This document shows, piece by piece, positions 20,744 to 29,932 of a stretch of 64,000 nt of DNA. Under the pieces are notes generated by a model. That model was not told where the DNA came from and searched no databases. It saw only the letters and a list, made by a program, of their open reading frames with translations. The position numbers and the translations under genes are program-made. The stretch lies in NCBI GenBank assembly GCA_051251855.1, contig JBPOGI010000001.1:352001-416000 (forward strand), given 5' to 3'. Every line of letters starts with the position of its first letter. Positions within the stretch are counted from its first letter, which is position 1. Source of the stretch: Roseibacillus sp. (lineage in GTDB: Bacteria > Verrucomicrobiota > Verrucomicrobiia > Verrucomicrobiales > Akkermansiaceae).

Positions 20744-21322
20744 TCAGGTGAAACTAGGAGCCTTCTCACCCGCTAGTGAGCAAAAGGTATCCAGCCACTT
20801 CGTAGTGCTCTCGAAGAGTTTGTTCGTAGGTGATTCAGCGGCATTCTGATAGGCTAGCTGGGCACTCTTAATTTGGGAGTCTGGGGCTCCGAGGTTTTTC
20901 AGGGTCGTCTCGATAGCTTTGGGGAGGCCTTCCTGAAATTCATGTTCGGGAAAAAGGCAGGTGGAGAGGTAGGCGAAGGGAGAACCATTGGCTCTGACGG
21001 GGGCGACATGAACACGGAGTCCAAAGTAGCAGGGGCAGTCCACAGCATCTTGGGTGGCGACAATTCTGATTCGGTGGTGACAGGCCTCGCAGACCGATTG
21101 AGTGAGAGCTTCCTCCTGCATGGCTTGACAAAAGGAGTTTCGAGTGGTGCCGATGGATTCACTAACTTGGTTGTTAGCGTCCTCTAGGCGTAGCGGAAGG
21201 CCTGTTGCCGCTTCGAAGGCGACAGCGAAGTCTTTCAGGAGCTTGCTTTGAGAGAAACTCTGAAAGAGTTCTTCGTTCTGAGTGCTTGCATCCTTCTGGT
21301 TGTGCGTTGTGGTTGAGTTCAT
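20744..21322 (-). CDS. Stand-alone PocR-like sensor-domain protein without HTH
   Basis: FEAATGLPLRL, NSFCQ, CEACH, CYFGLR align with the N-terminal domain of the 27303 AraC; ends before any HTH; start overlaps the upstream stop (ATGA). Confidence 0.75.
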   Translation of the reverse strand: MNSTTTHNQKDASTQNEELFQSFSQSKLLKDFAVAFEAATGLPLRLEDANNQVSESIGTTRNSFCQAMQEEALTQSVCEACHHRIRIVATQDAVDCPCYFGLRVHVAPVRANGSPFAYLSTCLFPEHEFQEGLPKAIETTLKNLGAPDSQIKSAQLAYQNAAESPTNKLFESTTKWLDTFCSLAGEKAPSFT

Positions 21323-22047
21323 AGCGTGGTGGTTTCTGATGAGTTCTTGGGAGCGTGATTACTGATTTCGATGGGGGTGCCCCGGTTCGCCCATTGGTAG
21401 AAGAATCGTGCCGGATTCCCATCCGTGAGTGGGACTCGGATACAGCCATGAGAAGCCGGATAGTTGGGAACGGAAGAGAATCCGTGGATGAAGATGTGGC
21501 CGTTGACCTGGACCGACCAAGGCATGGGAGCGTTGTGGTAGAGGCTGGAGTAGTGGCGCTTTGCCTTGTAGGGGCCGGCTCGAAAATGACCTATGGGGGT
21601 GCGGCCGTTCTTGCCTGAACTGATGCGGGTCTTGAGGACCAGCCGGTCTCCTTGCCATGCTGAAAGGCGCTGGGTCGAGAGATTGATAAAGACGCGCTTT
21701 GATCCGATGTGAACGGAGAGCTGCTGGCGACCTTTTTTTAGGATGATATCTTCGGCGTTGGACGCGGGTGTTCGCTGAAAGCCTTTTTTTTCCAAGGTCG
21801 TTAGGTTCACAAGAGGAGTGCCATCGACGAGACTACGCGTGCTTGGGGCGCTGGTGTTCTTTGGCAAAAAGGACTGTACCTCGGGGAGGGGGAGGAACAC
21901 TGAGGACCCAGTGTCTGCGAAGGTGATGCCTTGAAGTGGCTTCTGTGTGCTCGATGCACCCGCCAGCTTGGTGCTTGTTGGCAGTGTCTGGCAAGCGGTG
22001 AAAGTAGAGCAGCAAAGAACGAGGGCGAGGGTGTTCAGATTGGTCAT
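21319..22047 (-). CDS. L,D-transpeptidase (YkuD) family, probable lipoprotein
   Basis: INLSTQRL, ISSGK, TPIG, IFIHG, SHGCIRV; lipobox-like FTAC; start 22047 or 22053. Confidence 0.9.
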   Translation of the reverse strand: MTNLNTLALVLCCSTFTACQTLPTSTKLAGASSTQKPLQGITFADTGSSVFLPLPEVQSFLPKNTSAPSTRSLVDGTPLVNLTTLEKKGFQRTPASNAEDIILKKGRQQLSVHIGSKRVFINLSTQRLSAWQGDRLVLKTRISSGKNGRTPIGHFRAGPYKAKRHYSSLYHNAPMPWSVQVNGHIFIHGFSSVPNYPASHGCIRVPLTDGNPARFFYQWANRGTPIEISNHAPKNSSETTTL

Positions 22048-22083
22048 CTGCACCAGTTTAGTGCCTCAGGCACTGGCAGCTTC

Positions 22084-22115
22084 GCCTCCATTGCTCAGCT
22101 TAGCGCACGCTTTGG
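22084..22115 (-). promoter_or_regulatory. 21-bp-period direct-repeat site
   Basis: CCAA-AGCG-TGC-N10-GCAA-TGGA-GGC; TAAACT 23 nt downstream. Confidence 0.75.
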
Positions 22116-22128
22116 CAGGGGGAGGCTC

Positions 22129-24786
22129 TCATTGATGGTTTTGATTTCGCCAAGCAGCCCAACCGCGACCTACAAGGAGCGGGAAAAAGCTGCCGATAGC
22201 GATGAGTGTCCAGCCAACTTTTCCAGGGATGGTGAGTGAGAGAACAGTGGCAGGAAGGGGGAGAAAGAGCGCGCAGGATAGGATCAGGAGACAAAGAGCG
22301 AGCGCCCCCCACACCCACGAGTTTCGGGTGATTTCATTGTGAAAAATTCTGCTTCCTCGCTCGGTAATATTGAAGACATGCAAGAGCTGGGCCAGAGCCA
22401 GAATGAGGAAGGCGATGGTGACCGCTTCCTGCGCGGGAAGGTGGTAGGTAAAGAGGGCGAGGGTGAAGCAGGTCAGAACGGTGGCACTGATTAGGAGACT
22501 GAAGAGGGTAATGCGCAGCCATTCCTTGCGGGCAATGAGGGGTTCTCCGATATCACGCGGAGTTTGAGACATCATGGATGAATTTCCTCGACCCATCCCT
22601 AGCGCAAGGGCGGGGAAGACATCGGTGACCATGTTGAGAAAGAGAATTTGGAGCGGCAGGAGTGGCAAAGGACCGTTGAATCCTGCAGAGAGGCCGATGA
22701 TGAGGACTTCGCTCAAATTACAGGACATGAGGTAGACCACAAACTTGCGAATATTGCTAAAGATGACTCGTCCCTCTTGGATGGCCATCACGATGGTGGC
22801 GAAGGAGTCATCCTTGAGGACCATGTCAGAAGCCTCGCGCGCGACCTCGGTGCCACGCTGGCCCATTGCGATACCAATATCGGCCTTTTTGAGGGCGGGA
22901 GCGTCGTTGACACCATCACCCGTCATAGCGACAACCGAGCCGTGCTCTTGATGGCATTGCACAATGTCCAGCTTGTCCTTGGGGGTGACGCGAGCGAAAA
23001 TGTCAGTTGTTATGAGTTCGCTCTGGTCCTCTTTCTCTAACAAGTCAGCGAGCTCACTTCCGGTCACGCAGATTGGCTCCCGACCCTTTTGGCCGATGCC
23101 TAAGCTTTTGGAGACATGTTGCGCGGTGCCGGCTTGGTCGCCGGTAATCATGACTACTCGAATGCCTGCATTCTGGCACTGTTGCAAGCAGTCTTGAATT
23201 TCGTGTCGTGGAGGATCGAGGAAGCAGGCCAGTCCGAGAAAAGTAAGATTTTGGTAGGGGTCGGCCTTGAGGTCGGAAACGGTTTGATAGGCGAGAGCCA
23301 AGACTCGCTTACCCGCAAGAGCGAGTTCGTTGTTCTGATCGAGCCATCGATTGCGAGCTGTGGTGGTGAACGGACGGGAAATTCCGAGGTGTTCTTCTTG
23401 AGTCACCAAAGGAAGGATGACTTCGGGTGCTCCTTTGACCGCTACGAGGTAGCCTTCCTCGTCCTCGTGAAAGGTGGCCATTCGCTTCTCTTTTGAATCG
23501 AAGGCTTCTTCCCTCACGAGAGGCATTTCTTTTCGGATGCTCTCCCAATTGAGCTCATTGATGGTTGCGGCATTGAGGAGAGCGATTTCGACGGGATCGC
23601 CGATGGTTTGCTTGGGCGAGGGGGTGGAACGGTTGCAGAGAAGACCAATTTGGAGGGCTCGTTGAATGGCTTCCTCTTTTCCCTTGTCGCTATCGATGGG
23701 GTAGCAGCCGGAGGGGGTGACTAGCTCTGTTAGAGTCATTTTGTTCTCGGTCAGAGTTCCCGTTTTATCGGAACAGATCAGAGTGGTGGCTCCCAGAGTT
23801 TCGACTGCGGAGAGGCGATTGATGAGAGCGTTGGAGCGAGCCATGCGCCACATTCCTCGGGCAAGGGAAAGCGTTGCAATGACGGGCAAACCTTCGGGAA
23901 TGGCGGCCACAGCAAGGGCAATGGAAGTCTCTATCATGAGGTAGAGTTCCTTTCCTGAGAGGAGACCGACCCCCAGAGTGCAAAGGGCGATCAAGAGGGT
24001 TATCCCAATCAATTTTCGCCCAAGGAGAGCGAGATTTTTTTCTAGGGGAGTGTCGTCGGATTCAGTTTTACTGACGAGGGAGGAGATTTGGCCAAGTTCA
24101 GTCCCAAGTCCGGTGGCTACCACGACCGCGCTGGCGGTTCCGCGCGTGATCGATGTTCCGCGATAGAGCATGTTCTTTCTCTCGGCCAAGAGAGTGGTCG
24201 GCGGGAGTTCGGCTGGATCTTTGCTGGCGGGAAAGGATTCTCCGGTGAATAGGGACTCATCGACTAGGAGGCGAGAGGCGGTGATGATTCTAAGATCAGC
24301 TCCGACCACATCACCGGCTTCGATAACGACGAGGTCCCCTGGAACCAATTCCTCGGAAGGGACTCTCTGTACTTGGCCGTTCCGGCGCACTCGGGTTGTG
24401 ATTTGAGTGAACTTGCGGAGGGATTCCATCGAGCGGACCGCCCCCAGTTCAGTGAGATAGCCGATGGCAACATTAATGAGAACGACCACGCAAATGGCGC
24501 TCCCTTCTACCCAGTTCTGAAAGGCGAAGGAGAGAACTGCCGCAAAGGTGAGCAGGACGACCAGAAGATTTTGAAACTGGCTGAGAAGGATTTGAATCCA
24601 AGGTCTCTTAACGGCTTCTTGAAGTAAATTGGGACCGTGCTTCTGAAGTCGAGTTTGGCATTCTTGTGTGCTGAGACCATCATCTGGGGAGGTCTTCAGT
24701 TGCGTCAAAAGGAGAACGAGTGATTCCGCCCAAGGTTGGTCGCGGAGTAGGATTCTTGGCGTTCCGGTAGAGAGAGGGATCTTCAC
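22129..24786 (-). CDS. Cation-transporting P-type ATPase (type IIA-like)
   Basis: TGES, IPEGL, DKTGTLT, KGAPE, TGD, MTGDGVNDAPALK. Confidence 0.96.
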   Translation of the reverse strand: MKIPLSTGTPRILLRDQPWAESLVLLLTQLKTSPDDGLSTQECQTRLQKHGPNLLQEAVKRPWIQILLSQFQNLLVVLLTFAAVLSFAFQNWVEGSAICVVVLINVAIGYLTELGAVRSMESLRKFTQITTRVRRNGQVQRVPSEELVPGDLVVIEAGDVVGADLRIITASRLLVDESLFTGESFPASKDPAELPPTTLLAERKNMLYRGTSITRGTASAVVVATGLGTELGQISSLVSKTESDDTPLEKNLALLGRKLIGITLLIALCTLGVGLLSGKELYLMIETSIALAVAAIPEGLPVIATLSLARGMWRMARSNALINRLSAVETLGATTLICSDKTGTLTENKMTLTELVTPSGCYPIDSDKGKEEAIQRALQIGLLCNRSTPSPKQTIGDPVEIALLNAATINELNWESIRKEMPLVREEAFDSKEKRMATFHEDEEGYLVAVKGAPEVILPLVTQEEHLGISRPFTTTARNRWLDQNNELALAGKRVLALAYQTVSDLKADPYQNLTFLGLACFLDPPRHEIQDCLQQCQNAGIRVVMITGDQAGTAQHVSKSLGIGQKGREPICVTGSELADLLEKEDQSELITTDIFARVTPKDKLDIVQCHQEHGSVVAMTGDGVNDAPALKKADIGIAMGQRGTEVAREASDMVLKDDSFATIVMAIQEGRVIFSNIRKFVVYLMSCNLSEVLIIGLSAGFNGPLPLLPLQILFLNMVTDVFPALALGMGRGNSSMMSQTPRDIGEPLIARKEWLRITLFSLLISATVLTCFTLALFTYHLPAQEAVTIAFLILALAQLLHVFNITERGSRIFHNEITRNSWVWGALALCLLILSCALFLPLPATVLSLTIPGKVGWTLIAIGSFFPLLVGRGWAAWRNQNHQ

Positions 24787-24826
24787 TTTCTCGGCGAGTA
24801 TGAACTAAGGGTTGGAGATAGATTCA

Positions 24827-24858
24827 GCGTCGGCTGCTTATCTTTGAGCACGGCTTGC
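24827..24858 (-). promoter_or_regulatory. 21-bp-period direct-repeat site
   Basis: GCAA-GCCG-TGC-N10-GCAG-CCGA-CGC; CATACT 24 nt downstream. Confidence 0.78.
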
Positions 24859-24873
24859 AGAGACCGCTTCGCC

Positions 24874-24905
24874 GCAATTAATGCCATCTCGAGGTCAATG
24901 GATGC
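24874..24905 (+). promoter_or_regulatory. 21-bp-period direct-repeat site (perfect)
   Basis: GCAA-TTAA-TGC-N10-TCAA-TGGA-TGC; TATTCT 24 nt downstream; ATG at 24944. Confidence 0.85.
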
Positions 24906-24943
24906 CGAGTTCTTTGATGCGTCGAAGGGTATTCTCCTTCACT

Positions 24944-25783
24944 ATGATTCATCCCATTCGACGCATTCTGGTTCCCCTTGACCCCTCGGCCTATACCCAT
25001 GCCTCTACCATTCATGCTTGTCGCATTGCAAAGGCACACAATGCCACGGTCTCGGGATTGGCTGTTTTCGATTCGCCGGAGATTCGGAGTCTTCTCTCAC
25101 CTTCGGTTCCTTCGAGCTTGCCGTTTATTGAGAGTTTCATCAAGAAACACAGCGACCATGCCCACAAGAAACTCGACCTGGAGGATGAGAAGTTTCGTGA
25201 ACGTTGCACTCGCGAAGGGGTCGCATTCTCCGAGAGGGAGGTAGAAGGAATGCCTCAGGAACTCATTCTGGAGTCAGCTGCTCTCTATGATCTTGTGGTG
25301 ATGGGGTTGCGCACATTCTACCAGTTTGAGACGAAGAACGAAGACGGTGATTTGCTCAGTAAAGTCTTGAGCCGATCCTCTACTCCCATTCTGGCCGTCC
25401 CGAAAAAGGTGAAGCCGCTCAAGAAAGTTCTCGTGGCCTACGATGGTAGTTTTTCGGCTGCCCGGGCAGCGCGCGATTTTCTCGATTTTTCCTGCGTTCT
25501 GGACTTTGAGATCGACCTTTTTTGTTGTCACGATGATGTGGCTCAAGCCGAGTTCTTGTTGAACAAGCTCGAAAGTTTTTTCGAAGTTCATAGCCGTTCC
25601 ATTCATCAGAAAATCATCAGGAGTGGTTCTGAAAACGAATTGGTTGAGAGCGATTTTTTTGACCCTTACGACCTCGTGGTCTGCGGCACTCACGGGCATC
25701 GTCAACTCTCGGATTTCTTTGTGGGGAGCTTTTCCAAAAAGCTCATCGAGAAGAACGAGCGCTGCCTCTACCTTTCCCATTAG
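24944..25783 (+). CDS. Universal stress protein (two USP domains)
   Basis: RILVPLDPS, DLVVMG, KVLVAYDGS, DLVVCGTHG..FFVGSFS. Confidence 0.92.
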   Translation: MIHPIRRILVPLDPSAYTHASTIHACRIAKAHNATVSGLAVFDSPEIRSLLSPSVPSSLPFIESFIKKHSDHAHKKLDLEDEKFRERCTREGVAFSEREVEGMPQELILESAALYDLVVMGLRTFYQFETKNEDGDLLSKVLSRSSTPILAVPKKVKPLKKVLVAYDGSFSAARAARDFLDFSCVLDFEIDLFCCHDDVAQAEFLLNKLESFFEVHSRSIHQKIIRSGSENELVESDFFDPYDLVVCGTHGHRQLSDFFVGSFSKKLIEKNERCLYLSH

Positions 25784-25799
25784 AAGGCAGCGGGGGTCA

Positions 25800-25831
25800 G
25801 CAATCCCTGCTGGAACGAGGGCAAGAGACGC
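25800..25831 (+). promoter_or_regulatory. 21-bp-period direct-repeat site (perfect)
   Basis: GCAA-TCCC-TGC-N10-GCAA-GAGA-CGC. Confidence 0.85.
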
Positions 25832-25888
25832 GGAGCCCTATCTAATGGATTCTGCTGAGATAAATAGGCTTCCCAAAAAAAAATCATC

Positions 25889-26503
25889 ATGGCAATTGAA
25901 CTTCAAAAAGCAGACGAGATTCCGATCCTGATTCTTCGTCTCTCAGGCATCGTAGAACACCAAGAGCACCAACCTGTCATACCCTTGTTAGAGCGTGAGC
26001 TCGAGGAAGGTGGCTATCGAAATGTGCTGCTCGATATGCGTGACCTGGTTTCTTGGCAACCCTCGGCAGTGTGGGAGGAACTACGCTTCGATGCCGAGCT
26101 ACTTACTCATTTTCAGCGAGTGGCAGTGGTCAGTGACCGGACGCATCATCGTTGGGTCGCGTTTTTTGCAAGGCATCTCTCTTCTGCTGAGATTCGCTCT
26201 TTTCACAGCTCCGATATTGATGCGGCGAAGGAGTGGCTTGTCACTGGAACTCAAGAAGGTGATTCGAAAGAGGATACTGTAACAAGAGCGACTCCCACTC
26301 AGAATGACGGGGATTCCCTGCCTTTACGGAATCAGGAGGTTCTTGAAAATGTGATGCCTTATCGCTGGGGTGCTCTTTCTCTCATTTGGCGGTTGCTCAT
26401 CAATGGGAAGGAAAAGGGCTCAGCGAGGACGAGCCCTTCTCTTGCCGGCGTTTCTGAGCGGAGGTCTCACTCCACGCGGCTTATCCCTTTTCTCGATATC
26501 TAA
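25889..26503 (+). CDS. STAS/SEC14 (SpoIIAA-like) protein with an ~85-aa extra tail
   Basis: LSG.V, VLLDM, AVWEELRFD, RVAVV, AEIRSF, AAKEWL. Confidence 0.8.
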   Translation: MAIELQKADEIPILILRLSGIVEHQEHQPVIPLLERELEEGGYRNVLLDMRDLVSWQPSAVWEELRFDAELLTHFQRVAVVSDRTHHRWVAFFARHLSSAEIRSFHSSDIDAAKEWLVTGTQEGDSKEDTVTRATPTQNDGDSLPLRNQEVLENVMPYRWGALSLIWRLLINGKEKGSARTSPSLAGVSERRSHSTRLIPFLDI

Positions 26504-26514
26504 CAAACAAAAGA

Positions 26515-27144
26515 ATGAAGACACTAGAACCAAAAGAACAAGTAGACCTCCAACGATTGCACGACAAGTTGGATGAGTTTAAGAATCAGCTCTACATGGA
26601 TCGAGTTACCGTTGCTCAAGAAATGCGACTGCAGCTCAACGAGATGAAGTCCATGGTCGACGAACCATCCTCTCGCAAGCGGCATGATGCTGAGGAAGAA
26701 AGCGTGGCCCTTTATCAACAAGTCGTCTCAGATTTACAGACTCTCGAGTTGAAACTCGATCTTGTCGCGCTCGAAGTAGGAGAAGTTTTTACGGAAAAGA
26801 GAGAGCTCGCCCTGCAGCATTTGGATCAATTGCAGTCCAGCCTAAGGGAAGCCTCGGTCCAGATTCCTGATTCATCAGGCTCGATTCTTTATCAGTTAAG
26901 AATTTGCGCTGAGAAGTTGGAAGACAAGCTGGAGGGCATGCACCTGCACTTATTATTGAATAGTTGCGAGGGGAGTTTGGCTGAAGAGAAAAGGGAGGAG
27001 TTGTCACATGCCATTGACCAGGTGAAGTCAAGCTTGAGTGATTTTCCCAAGGGATTAGCGGTCAAGGGGCGAGGTCTTCGTAGTCGCCTCAAGATACTCT
27101 CCGAGGATGTGAACAATGCGCTCGAACGTTTCCTCGGGCACTAG
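26515..27144 (+). CDS. Helical coiled-coil protein, distant paralog of the 46513 and 53218 genes
   Basis: LQTLELKLDL and KLEDKLEGMHLHL match LDDLELQLTL and KLEDKMETLHIHL. Confidence 0.7.
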   Translation: MKTLEPKEQVDLQRLHDKLDEFKNQLYMDRVTVAQEMRLQLNEMKSMVDEPSSRKRHDAEEESVALYQQVVSDLQTLELKLDLVALEVGEVFTEKRELALQHLDQLQSSLREASVQIPDSSGSILYQLRICAEKLEDKLEGMHLHLLLNSCEGSLAEEKREELSHAIDQVKSSLSDFPKGLAVKGRGLRSRLKILSEDVNNALERFLGH

Positions 27145-27180
27145 TAGATTGCGGGGTGGCTTTGCTTCCTTTCAGCGTGG

Positions 27181-27195
27181 TAGGGAATTTGCTTA
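27181..27195. promoter_or_regulatory. Degenerate copy of the TAGGGAA(A/T)TTCCCTA palindrome
   Basis: TAGGGAATTTGCTTA, ~110 bp upstream of the PocR-AraC gene. Confidence 0.4.
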
Positions 27196-27302
27196 GGTGC
27201 CGACACGGCAGTCTCCCAATAGACGGGATCGTGCTTTTGGATAGTCTGCTTAGGGACGGGGGTAGGTAATCTTCCGCTGTTCCAAACCCAACTCTACTAG
27301 CC

Positions 27303-28226
27303 ATGCTTGCCGAATCAAATTCCACCATTGCCGACACTGTTGAGCTCGTTAAGCACCAGAAGATATTTGATCGCCTCAAAGAATCTCCTTTTTTTCAAAG
27401 CTATTGCAGCATCTTTCAGCAGACAACGGGGCTGCCTCTTGAACTCCACTCTCTGAGCGACGAGCATGTTCAAGTCTGTAGCGGTAGCATTAATCAGAAC
27501 CGATTTTGCCAACTATTGAACCAAGGAACCGAGGGCTGTGAGCAATGCCATCTTTCGCAAAAATGCCTTTCGCAAGGCGACGCGAAGTCGCGCGTGCAGT
27601 CCATCACCTGTTTCGCTGGGTTAAGGGAGACCGCCATTCCTCTCATGCTGGGTGGAGTAGTGATTGCCTTACTGAAGACCGGTCAAGTCCTTCATGAACC
27701 GATAACTTCGGTGAACTGGGATCAGGTCTCGAGTCAGTTGGGAGTGGAAGGGGAAGAACTTGCGGAGTTGGCTCAAGCTTACCTCGAGACTCCGGTGATC
27801 GGGGCGGAGAAGTATCGCGCGATGGTAACCCTTCTGGCTGCCTTCTCCTTGCAGTTGAACAAACTCGCCAGTCGTATCGCGTTTGACTTGGAGCAAGAAC
27901 AAGTTGACTTAGTCGAACGAGCGAAGGCTCTCATTGAAGAGCACCTCACCGAGTCGCTGACCTTCAATGATGTCGCTGAGTATCTCAAAATTAGCCCTTT
28001 CTATTTTTGTCGCCGCTTCAAGAAAGAGACCGGAATGACGATGACTCAATACCTCTCGATGCATCGCGTTGAAGTGGCGAAAGAGCTTTTAAGGTCTTCC
28101 AAGTTGCGTGTGACCGATGTCGCATACGAGGTAGGGTTTCAATCGCTCTCTCAGTTCAACCGAAGCTTTCGCAAGTTGACAGGTGTAAGTCCGAGCCAGT
28201 TTAGAAAGGCGAGGGAGTTTGCTTGA
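27303..28226 (+). CDS. AraC-family regulator with Cys-rich PocR-like sensor domain
   Basis: FQQTTGLPL, NRFCQ, CEQCH, TCFAGLRETAIP, LKTGQV; HTH region ISPFYFCRRFKKETG...VGFQSLSQFNRSFRK. Confidence 0.93.
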   Translation: MLAESNSTIADTVELVKHQKIFDRLKESPFFQSYCSIFQQTTGLPLELHSLSDEHVQVCSGSINQNRFCQLLNQGTEGCEQCHLSQKCLSQGDAKSRVQSITCFAGLRETAIPLMLGGVVIALLKTGQVLHEPITSVNWDQVSSQLGVEGEELAELAQAYLETPVIGAEKYRAMVTLLAAFSLQLNKLASRIAFDLEQEQVDLVERAKALIEEHLTESLTFNDVAEYLKISPFYFCRRFKKETGMTMTQYLSMHRVEVAKELLRSSKLRVTDVAYEVGFQSLSQFNRSFRKLTGVSPSQFRKAREFA

Positions 28227-28827
28227 AATTGTGCCATTTCAACCAGCATAGAGCGGCAATCCCTCCAACCATATTTGCAATCAGATCCCAACCAGTGTTG
28301 GAATAGTCCCCAACATTGGTCTCCGGGATGAAGAGGGTGGCAATGAACTCGATGACTTCATTGAGGGCTCCCAAACCCATGCCTGCGAAAAATACCAGTA
28401 GGAGGGGACCAATCCTTGGAGTGAGAAGCTGTCCATTTCGGCAGGCGATGATGCTTTTGAGCGAATGCCAGCAGACAAGGGTGGCGATGTAGAAGCCCGA
28501 AGCGTGAACGACCTGATCATATTTTAGAAGATTGGGAATGAGCCAGAGGCTATAGAGCACGCGAATGGGGCCTTCGATTTGCCAACTGGTGGGCACTGGT
28601 AGGATGCCTCCCATCACGTGTAAGAGTCCCCAAACAGCAAGTCCCCATAGTAGAGGGAGCGTGAGACGGACATGACTGTGGAGCAGCGCGGTGACGGCTA
28701 TCATGATCAGCATGACTAAGAGGTAAAAGACGAACTCAAAGTTGTCGGTGAGAATAGCAGTTGCCCCTCCTAGCAACAGATAGCTCGTGGTAAAGAGGAT
28801 GAGAGGGCGAAGAGGTTTGGGGAACAT
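28201..28827 (-). CDS. Membrane protein, DUF2238/YjdF-like
   Basis: Multiple TM segments; YDQVVH, GALNEVIEF, NTGWDLIAN; start 28827 (ATG) or 28881. Confidence 0.75.
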   Translation of the reverse strand: MFPKPLRPLILFTTSYLLLGGATAILTDNFEFVFYLLVMLIMIAVTALLHSHVRLTLPLLWGLAVWGLLHVMGGILPVPTSWQIEGPIRVLYSLWLIPNLLKYDQVVHASGFYIATLVCWHSLKSIIACRNGQLLTPRIGPLLLVFFAGMGLGALNEVIEFIATLFIPETNVGDYSNTGWDLIANMVGGIAALCWLKWHNFKQTPSPF

Positions 28828-28938
28828 AGATTTGGAATCAACGAGGTTTTTAAGAGCGCTCCAAGCAAAGGGAGAGCTCACTCAGTGCGTTGCAGGTTCT
28901 CCTTATACGATTTCGAACGAGGTGAGAGACTCTCGTAA

Positions 28939-29874
28939 TCAAAGGATTTGTCCTTCCGTTCGATATCTTTCCAAGACGGGATCGGGTTTCACCGCGAGAA
29001 TGGAACAATCGCAATCGCGGATGATTCGCTCAACTGTGGTGCCCAGCAAGAGGTTGTGAATCTGAGAACGGCCCCGAGTTCCGACCACGACAAGTGATAT
29101 CTCACGGTCATGGATGAACTTGCTGATGGCGTGACCTGGCCGAGCTTCGTTGAGGATCTGGACTCGCACGGGGAGGTCAGGATAGCTTTTTCGAATCTCG
29201 CCAGCCTCTCTATCCAAGCGGGTCAGACGGTCCTTGTCGAAGTCATCGCCGATGGGAGCTTCAATGAGGTCCGCGCGGTCCCAGAAGGAATAATCTGCAA
29301 GGTGGAGCATGGGGGTGTAGACGTGTAAGATGTGGAGGAGCGCGCTTTGTTCGTAGGCAATTTCGGCTGCCTGATTGATGGCTCTGGTAGCAGTGCGGGA
29401 GAAGTCGGTGGCGACCACGATTTGGTGAAAAGGGTCTTCATGGCTCGGGCGAATGAGGAGGACGCTGACTGGCGCTTTACGGAGACAGTTGGCCGCGATG
29501 GTGCCAATTTGGCTTCCTTTACTTGATTGACCACAACGTCCCAAGACGAGGAGTTTGGCATCAATATCTTCTAGCAGTTGGCAAAGCTCGCGAAAAGGGT
29601 GACCCGTCATTACGTGATATTCGATCTCGTTGAAGAATTCAATCTCGTGAAGGGTGATGCGGCGAAGTTCTTCTTCGACCTTGCTGCGGACGAGAGAAAT
29701 GGTGACCGTGTTCTCGCTCTCACCGGAACTTTCTTCGCTTTTTTCAAAAGGAATGACGTGGGCGACATGGAGCGTTGATTGATGCCAGTTTGCCAGGCGT
29801 GCGGCTTCCCTCAGAGCCGCCAACGAAGCGGAGGAAAAATCGATAGCAACAACGATGGTATTCCAGTTTTTCAT
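28939..29874 (-). CDS. Universal stress protein (two USP domains)
   Basis: IVVAIDFS, IVVATDFS, VVGTRGRS..LLLGTTVERI. Confidence 0.93.
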   Translation of the reverse strand: MKNWNTIVVAIDFSSASLAALREAARLANWHQSTLHVAHVIPFEKSEESSGESENTVTISLVRSKVEEELRRITLHEIEFFNEIEYHVMTGHPFRELCQLLEDIDAKLLVLGRCGQSSKGSQIGTIAANCLRKAPVSVLLIRPSHEDPFHQIVVATDFSRTATRAINQAAEIAYEQSALLHILHVYTPMLHLADYSFWDRADLIEAPIGDDFDKDRLTRLDREAGEIRKSYPDLPVRVQILNEARPGHAISKFIHDREISLVVVGTRGRSQIHNLLLGTTVERIIRDCDCSILAVKPDPVLERYRTEGQIL

Positions 29875-29932
29875 AGCTGTAAGGAAGGGGCTGGTCTCAA
29901 TTTTTTAATAAGGTTCTCTTCGTCGTTGGGTG

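Noticed and set aside
27530..27560. CxxCH in the PocR domains as heme c sites
   Set aside because: No export signal; c-type heme attachment is extracytoplasmic
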